Shown here piece after piece: positions 21,729 to 37,100 of a stretch of 64,000 nucleotides of DNA. Location: assembly GCA_965153355.1 (NCBI GenBank), contig OZ231126.1, positions 4,092,001 to 4,156,000 on the forward strand, read 5' to 3'. The position numbers and the translations under genes were made by a program. Origin of the DNA: Flaccisagitta enflata. Lineage: Eukaryota. Within the stretch, counting starts at the first letter, position 1. Every line of letters starts with the position of its first letter. The notes under the pieces were generated by a model. That model made no database searches. It saw only the letters and a list, made by a program, of their open reading frames with translations, and was not told where the DNA came from.

Positions 21729-23773
21729 TATGGAAACCTTTTTTTGTTGTGTGTGTATATATATATATCGCGTGAAGAACTCTATATGATTACACCATCA
21801 TCATCAACCCTCTCTCGGCCTCGCGCATGCGCGCGTATGTCACAGTCCAAAATAGCGTGATAAGAGGATGTATTGAATAAATGATTCGCGCGCGTGCGTG
21901 AAGAGAACGCGTGCTATATCTGTATAACTAATGGGCCATGACTCTTTGAGGTATCCATTTGTAGAAAGCTTGCTCCAGAAGCTGCCGCAGGATTCCTGTG
22001 CCAATGCTTCGTAAACATGTTTGTGCTGGAAAGAAAAAGGGGTGGGGCGAGACAGGCTCAAAGGTCGTTTAATTTACTCGTGAGAGGTCATTTAATTTAG
22101 TTTCAAGCTATTTTACAACTAAAAGAAAATGTCACCCACGTAGCAGGCTTGATCTAAGCTCACGCGCGTCTTCAGGCCGTGTCTTCACAGCAAGCATCCT
22201 TTCCGTTTTCATGCGTCTCTTGTTTTCATTAAGAGGCAAAGTAACTAAAACAATATCGCAATTCCCATTTTGGAGCTTACCGGGATTTTATTCATCGCTT
22301 TCAAATTTCTAAAAAATAAAAATCACATCATAGGGGAAATGGGGCCCTCCTGTCCTTAAATCCCGCTTCCCTGGATCACTATTAACATGAACGACGTTCG
22401 CCGAGATATGTATTGTCCCACTCTTCATCCTTTTTCCTCTCCAAACCTGGTCCCCCCCACCCAACGGACCGTTTGTGGAACTACTAGTCAGCCATTTATG
22501 TATGCGTATGTTTTTCTGTTGTTACAAGAATTGACGTTTAAAAAAAACAAAACACGTGACCTCTCTTCTTCCGCATGGTGTTGGAATCTTGATAGAGAGA
22601 TCCATTTATAATTTAAAGTAATGATCACACAACTGCCAATTGTACCGGAATGCTAAACAAATTCTGTGTTGCCGCTTTCAAGGTTAACAATCACATAAAA
22701 AGGTGAAAGAGAATTCTTTATCCGCCGGAGACTTTGACCACTCTTTACTGTCGAGAGTGCCCTGGCGCGCGTTTTGTTGACTGACGCAAGTTATACATAT
22801 AATTTATAAATATTTCCTCGTGCCTTTATTTCGATTTCTCCAGCGATTGACTACGTAAATGAATATCAATGGAAATTCGGAAATGTATAATTGCGTGACC
22901 ACTTAAAATCTTTTCCATCGCCGCTCTCACCCCCTTCCTTCCCCCCCCCCCTTATCTCCCCCTTCCTCCCATGTCCCTTCGAAGCATTTTAGTGTTACAT
23001 GCGCAGGCCTTTGCTTGCGGTTGTGTTACGTGGGGAGGGGAGTGTCCGTGTAGTCTTTTTTTCTCTCGAAAAAAGCTCATTCTTCTTCGCTTTATCACGA
23101 GTTTTACTTTCGATTGACACCCAGTCGGTCTGTCTGTCCGGTCTTCCACTAAAGCCATGTTTATGAGTTATGCCCACTAGATAATGTTAACAGAAAAGCG
23201 GCATGGTCGAGTTGCTTCCCATTTCTCTTTGAGGTACTGGTGTGCTTGTACCGCTATACACGTACTTGTTTAGATCCAAGTGAAACAGATGATCTTTTTT
23301 TCTAAATTCTTGAGTTTTTTTGTGTCATCCTTGGTTGTTTTTTTTACATAAAAACAGAGGTGAACAAGTATATTATAATGTACGTACAAATTGAAACACG
23401 ACAATTTTTGCTGTATAATTCAGTTTTATCTCTCTTTTTCTCGTTATTAGAATATAATTCCATCCCTCATTAGTTATTATTTTATTTAGTTTGGTTTTTC
23501 TGTCGCTATCCCCTTCCCTTACCATTTTTTACTTTTTTTTTCTCTCTCTAATTTCCTTTTTTCGCTGTTGGGAACCTAAAAGTAAAAAAAAAAATCTGTC
23601 TTTATAGGTGATATAAAGCATGTACAAGTTTTGATCTTTTTATACTTATCAAAAAGTGTTGATTTAAAAGAAAAAAAGACTGAAATCGCTCCATGTCCTG
23701 AGCCCTAACGTTGCTTGAAATTAAGAAAACAAAAAAGAAATAAATGATAAACTACCACGGCTATTGAAAAAAA

Positions 23774-27303
<3,530 letters not shown>

Positions 27304-30300
27304 ATGTCGCCTCGCAAACGCGCCTCCTCTCGAGCTCAGAAGGCATCACGGTCGTCGCCAACCAGCGGCAAAGGTCGGTGACATGCACAACCACAACCAC
27401 GTCAATACCAATACTGGAATACTAGTACTGGAAAGAGTATCTGGCCCAGAGGTGCCGATTCTGTGTAGCATGGTAGCAATGCTACGCGGCAGATAAGCGC
27501 TGAAGTGCAGCAGATATGGCTAGCCCAGGGCCATACAGGAGTGAGAGGAAAGAAGGAAGGAGGGAAAGACAGAATAAAAGAATAAAGAAGGAAAGAAAGA
27601 AGGTTGGAAAAAAAGAATGAAGGAAGGAAGGAAGGAAGGAAGGAAGGTCGGCCAATGTGTAAGTTTAAGGAAATCTGCGCAGGTGATCTATTTGACCTGT
27701 AATCAGTGGTTCTAATCCTCATTTTCATATTGCAGTTTTTTGTCCCCGACGAACAGTTTTCGTCGGTGACTATGTGATAGCAGTGATGCGTTGTCTGTTA
27801 CTCTGTCTGTCTGTCTGTCTGTGTCAAACCCTCTCATATCTTCTGAACCAGGCCTCAGAAGTTTATGAAACTTTACCAGTGTTATTTTTATGTCAATGGG
27901 AGCTTGTGTACCAATTTTCAAAAAAATTCATTAACTTTTACTACCCTTTGCCTATTATTTTTGTAGTAATATTTTACTGGACTTAGGCAATTTACATAGG
28001 TAGAGGGTAGTAAAAGTATGTGAATTTTTTTATAGTTTGGTATACAAGTAAAGGGTACTAAATAAACAACCCCTGCAAAATTTGAATTAAATCTGAGGTC
28101 TCTTGTAGGAGATATTAGCTTATCTATTTATTTAGTAATATGTTACTAGGACTTAGGCGATTTACATAGGAGGGTAGTAAAACTATGTGAATTTTTTTTA
28201 ATTTGGTATACAAGTAAAGGATGTCAATTGAACAGCCCCTGCAAAATTTGAATTAAATCTGAGGTCTGGTTAATAGATGATATTAGCTTATTAAAGTAAT
28301 AATATGTTGCTAGGACTTGGGCAGTTTAAATAGGCAAAGGGTAGTAAAGGCGTGTGAATTTTTTTTCAATTTGGTATACAGGTAAAGGATTTTAATTGAA
28401 CAGCCCCTGCAAAATTCGAATTATATTTGCAGTCTGGTTTATAAGATATTAGCTTATTTATGTATTAATGTTACTATTACTTAGGCGATTTATATAAAGG
28501 ATTGGAGTTGATGAATTTTTTTACTTGCTCATTCATTACATTTTGATTTTTCTTAAGGTTTGCCAACATGGATTTCAAGATTCATCTTCATTCTTCAACT
28601 ACAGTCATCATCTTCAACTACAGTCATCATCTTCAACTACAGTCATCATCTTCAACTACTGTCATCATCTTCAACTACTGTCATCTTCAACTACTGTCAT
28701 CATCTTCAACTACTGTCATCATCTTCAACTACTGTCATCATCTTCAACTACTGTCATCATCTTCAACTACTGTCATCACCTTCAACTACTGTCATCACCT
28801 TCAACTACTGTCATCACCCTCAACTACTGTCATCACCTTCAACTACTATCATCACCTTCAACTACTATCATCACCTTCAACTACTATCATCACCTTCAAC
28901 TACTGTCATCACCTTCAACTACTGTCATCACCTTCAACTACTGTCATCACCTTCAACTACTGTCATCACCTTCAACTACTGTCATCACCTTCAACTACTG
29001 TCATCACCTTCAACTACTGTCATCACCTTCAACTACTGTCATCACCTTCAACTACTGTCATCACCTTCAACTACTGTCATCACCTTCAACTACTGTCATC
29101 ACCTTCAACTACTGTCATCACCTTCAACTACTGTCATCACCCTCAACTACTGTCATCACCCTCAACTACTGTCATCACCCTCAACTACTGTCATCACCTT
29201 CAACTACTGTCATCACCCTCAACTACTGTCATCACCTTCAACTACTGTCATCACCTTCAACTACTGTCATCACCTTCAACTGTCATCACCTTCAACTGCT
29301 GTCAGCTAACTACTGTCATACTACTGTCATCATCTTCAACTACTGTCATCACCTTCAGCTACTGTCATCACCTTCAACTACTGTCATCACCTTCTTTCAC
29401 TGTCATCACCTTCACCTTCTGTCATCACCTTCAACTACTGTCATCACCCGCAGCTTCTGTCATCACCTTCAACTTCTGTCATCACCTTCAACTACTGTCA
29501 TCTGTTCAACTATGTCATCATCTTCAACTACTGTCATCATCTTCACTACTGTCATCTTTTTGACATTTTTTAAAAAAATTTTTGTTGAAATTTTTTTGAA
29601 ATTTTTTTAGAAATTTTTTTAGAAATTTTTTTTGAAAAATTTATTGAAAAATTTTTTGAAAAATTTTTTGAAAATTTTTTGAAAAATTTTTGAAAAATTT
29701 TTCGAAAAATTTTTTGAAAAATTTTTTGAAAAATTTTTGGAAAATTTTTTTGAAAAATTTTTAAAATTTTTTGAAATTTTTTTTTTGAAAATTAGGTTTA
29801 AAAATTTTTGGAAAAATATAAAAAAAATTTTCAAAAATTTTTATGCTCCAAATAAACCACTGGGAAAAGCCGATCACTTGGTCTTGTTTCCCTTGTGTTT
29901 GCGGAGGATAATCTAGCAGAGGACAATTATTCTTTGACTTGGTGAGTGATATTTGTTTTTAATTTGGTATACAAGTAAAGGGTACTAAATAAACAACCCC
30001 TGCAAAATTCGAATTAAATCTGAGGTCTGATGTAGGAGATATTAGCTTATCTATTTATGTAGTAATATGTTACTAGGACTTAGGCAATTTACATAGGTAG
30101 AGGGTAGTAAAACCATGTGAATTTTTTTTTAATTTGGTATACAAGTAAAGGGTACTAAATAAACAACCCCTGCAAAATTCGAATTAAATCTGAGGTCTGG
30201 TGTATGAGATATTAGCTTATTTATGTAGTAATATGTTACTATGACTTGGGCAATTTACATAGGTAAAGGGTAGTAAAACCATGTGAATTTTTTTTTTAAT

Positions 30301-31085
30301 TTGGTTACAAGTAAAGGGTATAAATTAACAGCCCTGCAAAATTCGAATTAAATCTGAGGTCTGGTGTATGAGATATTAGCTTATTTGTAGTAATATATTA
30401 CTAGGACTAGGACTTAAGCGATTTATATAGAGGATTTGGTTGTTGAAACTTTTTACCTGCTCATTCATTACATTCTGATTTTCTTTAGGTTTGCCATCAT
30501 GGACTTCAAGGTATGCCATCATGGACTTCAAGGTATGCCATCATGGACTTCAAGGTATGCCATCATGGACTTCAAGGTATGCCATCATGGACTTCAAGGT
30601 ATGCCATCATGGACTTCAAGGTATGCCATCATGGACTTAAAGGTATGCCATCATGGACTTCAAGGTATGCCATCATGGACTTCAAGGTATGCCATCATGG
30701 ACTTCAAGGTATGCCATCATGGACTTCAAGGTATGCCATCATGGACTTCAAGGTATGCCATCATGGACTACAAGGTGTGCCATCATGGACTTCAAGGTAT
30801 GCCATCATGGACTTGAAGGTATGCCATCATGGACTTGAAGGTATGCCATCATGGACTTGAAGGTATGCCATCATGAACTTGAAGGTATGCCATCATGGAG
30901 TTCAGGGTATGCCATCATGGACTTCAAAGTATGCCATCATGGACTTCAAAGTATGCCATCATGGACTTCAAAGTATGCCATCATGGACTTAAAGGTGTGC
31001 CATTATGGACTTGAAGGTATGCCATCATGGACTTCAAGGTATGCCATCATGGACTTCAAGGTGTGCCATCATGGACTTGCTTTAA

Positions 31086-31118
<33 letters not shown>

Positions 31119-34100
31119 TTTTTTGAAATTTTTTTTTTTGAATTTTTTTTTTGAATTTTTTTTTTGAAATTTTTTTTTGAATTTTTTTTTTTTGAAATTT
31201 TTTTGAAATTTTTTTTCTTTTTTTTGTCGTGTATCTTCTCGAGTCGCGTTTACGCGACGAGAAAGCTTCAAAAATTACAGTCCCCAGTCGGGGACTGTAA
31301 TTTTGAAGCTTTTTAACTTCATATAAACCAATGAACATTCTTAAACAAAAAAAGTATTTTCTTATTGTCGGATCATGATTTATATTAATGACAATAAAAA
31401 GCCTCATGACAACGAAAATAATCGAGTATGAATGATTCAATTCTAAAATCTGTTTTCCATCAAATATCTAGCAGTTTTGTTTGAAGGGATCATTAGAAAG
31501 AGAAAATGACACGATTTGGCGAAATTATACGATCCGATGGTCTTGGAGACGCTGTCAGTCTCAGTCAACCATGCGGCATCTCGGAAGCGACCCCACGCCA
31601 TGCTCTTGTGACTATCCTTGGTTGCTAAAATGGGACTGTTATGATGGTGTTTGGACTGGGCTGGATACACGGCAAGATGGTCACGGTTGGTTTGGCAGGG
31701 GCAGTGATGCAAAAACCGCTCGCAATTCAGGATTAAGATGGACCTACTGACGGACTTATATGGCAAATTCTAGAGTCGCGTGTCCGTGACCAAAAACGAT
31801 TGAACTTTGTTAATTTGCATTAGTTCTTCACCATATCTGCGGCTAAGTGCACCTGAGACTCCTATATCACTGACTTTTGTTTTTAATGGGGGTGCAGTCC
31901 TACACACTATCCACAGCCTAGTTGTAAATTTGAAAAGTGCGGCAGCTTCTGCTGTATTTTTTTATGCTACGCGGCAGTTTAGCAGATTCGGCACCTCTGA
32001 TCTGGCCAAACACCCCCTCCTCATTGAAAGAAATTCTTCTTGAAACTAACAAATCTTTGCGCTTTCATTTATGATCGAATGATCAAAATTTACATATCTC
32101 TTTTTCCTTTCCTTCCCCAACCGACAGGGAATCTCAAAACTCCTATTCCGGAATCGCCTCCCAAGAACAACTCTGCCGCTCAACCCTCAGAATTCTCATC
32201 ATCATCTTCTTTTACCTCGAAAGACTTTTCCACCGCTCCCTCCTCCTCCTCCAACTCTTCCTCCTCCTCCTCCACACGAACGGGATTTTTGTGCATTCTC
32301 TCCGCTTTCGCCCTCAGCGTTTCGCTTCTGTATTTTCTCTACACGAAAACTCCGCAGCTCACAGGTGACTTGATCGCTCTCCGCTTACGTCTCTTCCTTA
32401 TTTTCTTTCCCCCTTTTCTGCCTAATTCATTCTCTCCCTCATGTGTTCTTCCCTTCCTGTTATCTTGCGCTTTTGTAGGTTCTTACTGGAATTTATTCTA
32501 TCCATTGCTCTATCCCGCTTTCCTTTCTCCCGTTGCCACCCGCCACCCACCCCCCACCCACTAGTTGTATTTCCCCATTCCTTCCCCCCTTCCATTCTTT
32601 TTATCGTTCCTCCTTTGTTTCCACCACAGGTCTTGAATCCCTGAGTGCGTCCTCCACAAGACCCTCTTCAGCCAAAAAGTTGACTCTCTATACTACTCCT
32701 TGACTCATCTCTCCTCATTGCTTGTATTCTTTATCATTCTTTCTCTCTTTCTACCCCCCACCCCCGTCGTTTTATTGCCATTCTATTCTTTTTATCGTTT
32801 CCTCCTTTGTTTCCACCACCTTGCATCCTCAGCTTTGTCCCCCTCATGCTTCAAGACCCTACATAGCCCAGGTCTTTAAGTTGATTCTTTACAAGTTGAT
32901 TCTCAACCACTCATCGCTCTCTACCGCCCTGTTTCCCCCCCCCCCCCACTTTTCCCCGCAGACGAAGAGCGGGCTCTGGTCAAATATCCTCGTTCTTTGG
33001 AGGACGCCAAAGGGTTGGCCCAAGTTCTCTCCGCCTACAAAGACGATCATTTCGGCTACATCGTCTTGGGCTTTTTCGCCATCTACAATTTCCTGCAGAC
33101 CTTCGCCATTCCGGGCTCCATTTTCCTCAGCATCTTGTCCGGGTTTTTGTTCCCTTTTCCTCTCGCGTGTTTCCTAGTCTCGCTCTGCTCCGCCCTCGGC
33201 GCCTCTTTCTGCTATCTACTCAGGTGGGAGAATTCATAGAATAATTCAGTCTTTGTCGCCATTTTTTAAGTCGCGGACTAGCGACTCTAGGACTTGCTGT
33301 GTCGGTCTGTCTGTCGGTAGGTAACGAAAACCAAATGCGAACGTTCTTTTGCTATTCCGCTCCTGCCCACCCGTCCGCGACTAGGGGGGAATGTACACGG
33401 CCTTGTTATGTGCGTCCTCGCACATATCTAAGAGGTCACGTATGTCCGTTGGTCGATCTGTCTCTGTTGCCTGTTGGTCCGTCGCGCTGACGTTAAAACC
33501 GCGCATTAAAAACGCCGATTTTAGCGTCTTCATTCCTGTGACCTCGCATGAGTTTCCACATCCAATTTCATTCCATCGTACATTCATTCCTTCTTCATGT
33601 TCATTTGTTCATTCATCGAAAACGTTTATTCATACTTTCTTAATCTGCGAGGCACACATATTGGCCGTAATTTGACCTTGTTGTCAATTATCCCACCTCT
33701 TCCTCCTGACCCCCACATCTGAAATAATGAACCTCACTCTTTTAATTGTTTTATTTACCTTTGACTAATTTCTTTTCCTGCTTTGGCTGGTCAAAATACT
33801 TGTCTGAATGGATTATCTAATAAAGATTCCAGTAGAGTATTTTTTTTTTCTTCTCAGCTTAAGGAGTAACAGACTTTTCTTGTTTTCAATAAAAAAAAAA
33901 TGATCTTGAAAAAAAAATCGAATGTGGCTAAGACTAAGACAATACAAGCTTTACCTAAGCAACGAGTGTTCTGAGAATTCTCCTATGTATCATCGCATAT
34001 TATTCCCATATTGCAGTTCTTTCGTGGGTAAGCCTTTGATGCATCGATATTTCTCGTCCCGCGTCGAGGACTGGAGGCAGACGGTCGATCGTCAACGTCA

Positions 34101-37100
34101 TAACCTTCTCTCCTACATCATCTTTCTCAGAATTACTCCATTCCTTCCCAACTGGTAAGTTAGTAGTGAGACAGACGGTCGATCGTCAGCGTCATAACCT
34201 TCTCTCCTACATCATCTTTCTCAGAATTACTCCATTCCTTCCCAACTGGTAAATTATGCGTGAATCTTTTTAGAAGATGGTATGGTGGGGATGATGATAA
34301 TACCGGATGGAACGATAGTCACCAAATCACGCCGACTTCCAGATCTCGGGATGGTAGGTGGGCCTCTAAAGGTGGGACCCACAGGAACAGTCTTCCATCA
34401 AAGAAGCCCAAAGAAGGTTGTTGCCACGCGTTTAGGATGAGCAGCCATGAGTTCTAAGTCCGGTTGTACCCACTTATATCACATGAGAAGGGCCTTTTGA
34501 GAGAGATGGTAGATGATTAGACCAGGGACTGACACAAACCACACTAAACCTACTTTCATCACATTCAACCACCGACTGAAGCAAAATGTAAAAGAACATC
34601 GTAAAATGAGAATGATAAACGAGTAATGTGGCAATAAAGGAATAACAATGCCCTGTAGTAAATATAAAAGTATTTGGGCTAATATTGGGTCTAGCATGGC
34701 TATTTGAGAGCTTTATGAATATACAGTCATTAGCCATGATTATTGATGGTAGTTCATGGGTCCATGATTCATTTTGGGCAGTGAAGACTGGATGGACGGC
34801 CTGGAGGATGGAGATGGACGTGATGGTTCTTGATGAGGCGCCCATCTTCCAGGGGTATCGACCGCGTGACCTCGTAGAGAAGAGAAAGGGCAAGAATTGA
34901 GATCCTAACAGTCGATTGGCCGGACTAAGACAGATGGCCTCATCTGTACCAGCGTACAGACTGTGATGGACAGAAGACTTGGTCTCTGTGCCATGCAACT
35001 TTGATTCATGGTGAATCAAGCAACAAACACCTGGGATGATGTCGCTGATTACCGAGAACCACCAAGGCACGATAGGATTCACATCTGCCATGGACAGTGT
35101 GTATAGTCGACTGAATTAGGAAGACCTAGAGGTCGGATTTGCGTAATGGTATGAACAGTCTGCAACAAATGAGCGATATGGTAGTAAATATCTGAGGATC
35201 GGAGAATCGATGTCGTAGAAGGGTCCGGAGTAAGATGGACAAACGCCCGGGACGTTGTCATGACGTTCGAATTGTAACTAATCCCTAACTGAGTAGTCGA
35301 CGTCTAAGGAGGAATGAGAGCAGTTTAAGGGAATGAATGGTTCCGCGATGTAGAACGTTTTAGTCGAGAGATATGGAACAGCGAGAAAAAAAAATCATCA
35401 ACCCTTACTAAACTCGTGAGGTAGGTATTGGGAGGCGATGAAAGAAAGCCAAACCAAACTCTGACCAAATGCTTGACATAGGTCGAGTGGGGCCTTTTCC
35501 TATTTTTACCTGAAACTTACTCTCGACATGGCTGCAACTAAGTCTCCATCTCCTCCACTCGCTCCTCCGGTATTTGGGAATTGAGCCGCCGGATCAATCG
35601 GCGCAGATATTTTATTCGCTCTTACTTCCTGAAGTATTTCATCCATTGTAAATTTCATTTCGTCCATTGTAGAATTCGTTTTGTGACGCCACTCTGATAG
35701 ATTCGCTGAAAGTTGTTTCTGTCCTTCCTTGATATCTTCAATGTCGTCGGAATTTTTTTCACTCTGTCGGAGAGGGCCGCGATGGTAACAGCCTCTGCCG
35801 TTTCCTTCTTTTTCTTCTTCTGCTTCTTCTTGGATTTAGATTTTTTTCGTGCCTCGAGGAATGAGGCGCCGTCGTTATCGTCGCCGTCGTAGTCGTCGCC
35901 ATCATTGGAAGAGGAATCGGAAGAATTAGAACTGACGTCATGAGCCATCTCGTACCTGCACGCAACGTCAAGAGCCTTGTCCCACGTTAGGTCAGCTTCA
36001 CTGTGGAGGTAGTACTTCATGTGACGTATCTGGTTCTTATCCCTCTTTCCTCTCCTATCTCGAATTCCCTTCCGGAAGCGCCGAATTCCTTCTCTTATTT
36101 TCGCTGAGTTTTCCACTTTTCTTTGCCCAACGTTGAAATGATCCGGCATGTCCGAGTAACGATTCAGGTCCTTTTTGACTTCCTGTGCAAAATCTTTGAG
36201 GCTCTGACCTTTCTTACGTTTTGTGTATTCAAAATCCTCCTGAAACCGTTGTTTTTCTTGAGGGTCGGTAAATTCTTCCGTGAGCTTTAGTACCATCGAG
36301 AAGTAATTCTCTTTTTCAGCATCAGTAAGGCGATGGTACGCATCCAACGCTGTTCCAACTTGGAGACGTCCGGAGATTGACCTGACAATTTCTGCATCCA
36401 CTTCGTCTGTCTGATCGTGCGTGAATCCGAATGCGTACCTGATCTTCTCTCTCAGGCCATTCATCCAAATCCCGAAATCCATGGTTGGTTTGTAGTCGGG
36501 ATAAGAAATACATCTTCGGCGATAAGCATTTGTCAATTCTTGACCAGATTCTTGATCGTCGTCCGCCATGATCTAAGGACTCAGCTGGTTATCGGATTAG
36601 GGGGATATGTTGAACGTTGGCTGAAGTCTGGTAATGATCTCGGCCCTGGACCTCGACCAAAAGAGAGGGAGCAAAAGTGAGATGGGGAAACTTTTGCTCT
36701 TTTGGAGCGCAAGTCTCTGGAGAAGATGGGATGTTTCAGGCGATCGGAAAGAAAGTTCTGCCAGGCGTCTGAAGATTCTCGTTTGTTCGTCGCGAAGTTG
36801 TTGATCTATAAAGCTGTCTATATACAGTCACCCTTGGGGCGTGTATCTACAATTTATTTACAAATGATCATTGAAATAAAAACCGATAAAAACTTGGTCT
36901 CACGCTGGGCTAAAACCAAGTGGGATCGATTTGTGTCTCGAGACTGGCCGTATAAGATAGTTTGGATTTGGCCATGGAATGTTAAAATTTGCAGTAATAA
37001 GCAGTCCGGAAATTATTGATGAGTACAGTTTGAAATTGTTAAGAGTTCCGGAATAACGCAAAATGGAAGCCGCCACTCCACCTTAATCAAATCGGGAAAA

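Larger units (their letters stand above)
27733..31314 (+). mobile_element. 3.6-kb non-autonomous Helentron-like element carrying satellite arrays
   Basis: 5' T-run plus TGTCCCCGAC and (GTCT)n. The 3' near-perfect hairpin AAAGCTTCAAAA(A)TTACAGTCCCC-AGTC-GGGGACTGTAATTTTGAAGCTTT (31262-31312) contains the inverted GTCGGGGAC. Internal ~130-bp repeats lie at 27900-28560 and 29955-30490. Confidence 0.65.

Noticed and set aside
28525-29610. Long ORFs (249-361 aa) in three frames
   Set aside because: They are translations of a stop-free ~20-bp satellite.
30490-31078. 22-bp repeat with an internal palindrome (CCATCATGG) as a CRISPR or iteron array
   Set aside because: It is a head-to-tail satellite with no spacers.
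34474-35091. ORFs duplicated at 37826-38362
   Set aside because: They lie within the LTRs, and no recognisable protein motif was seen.
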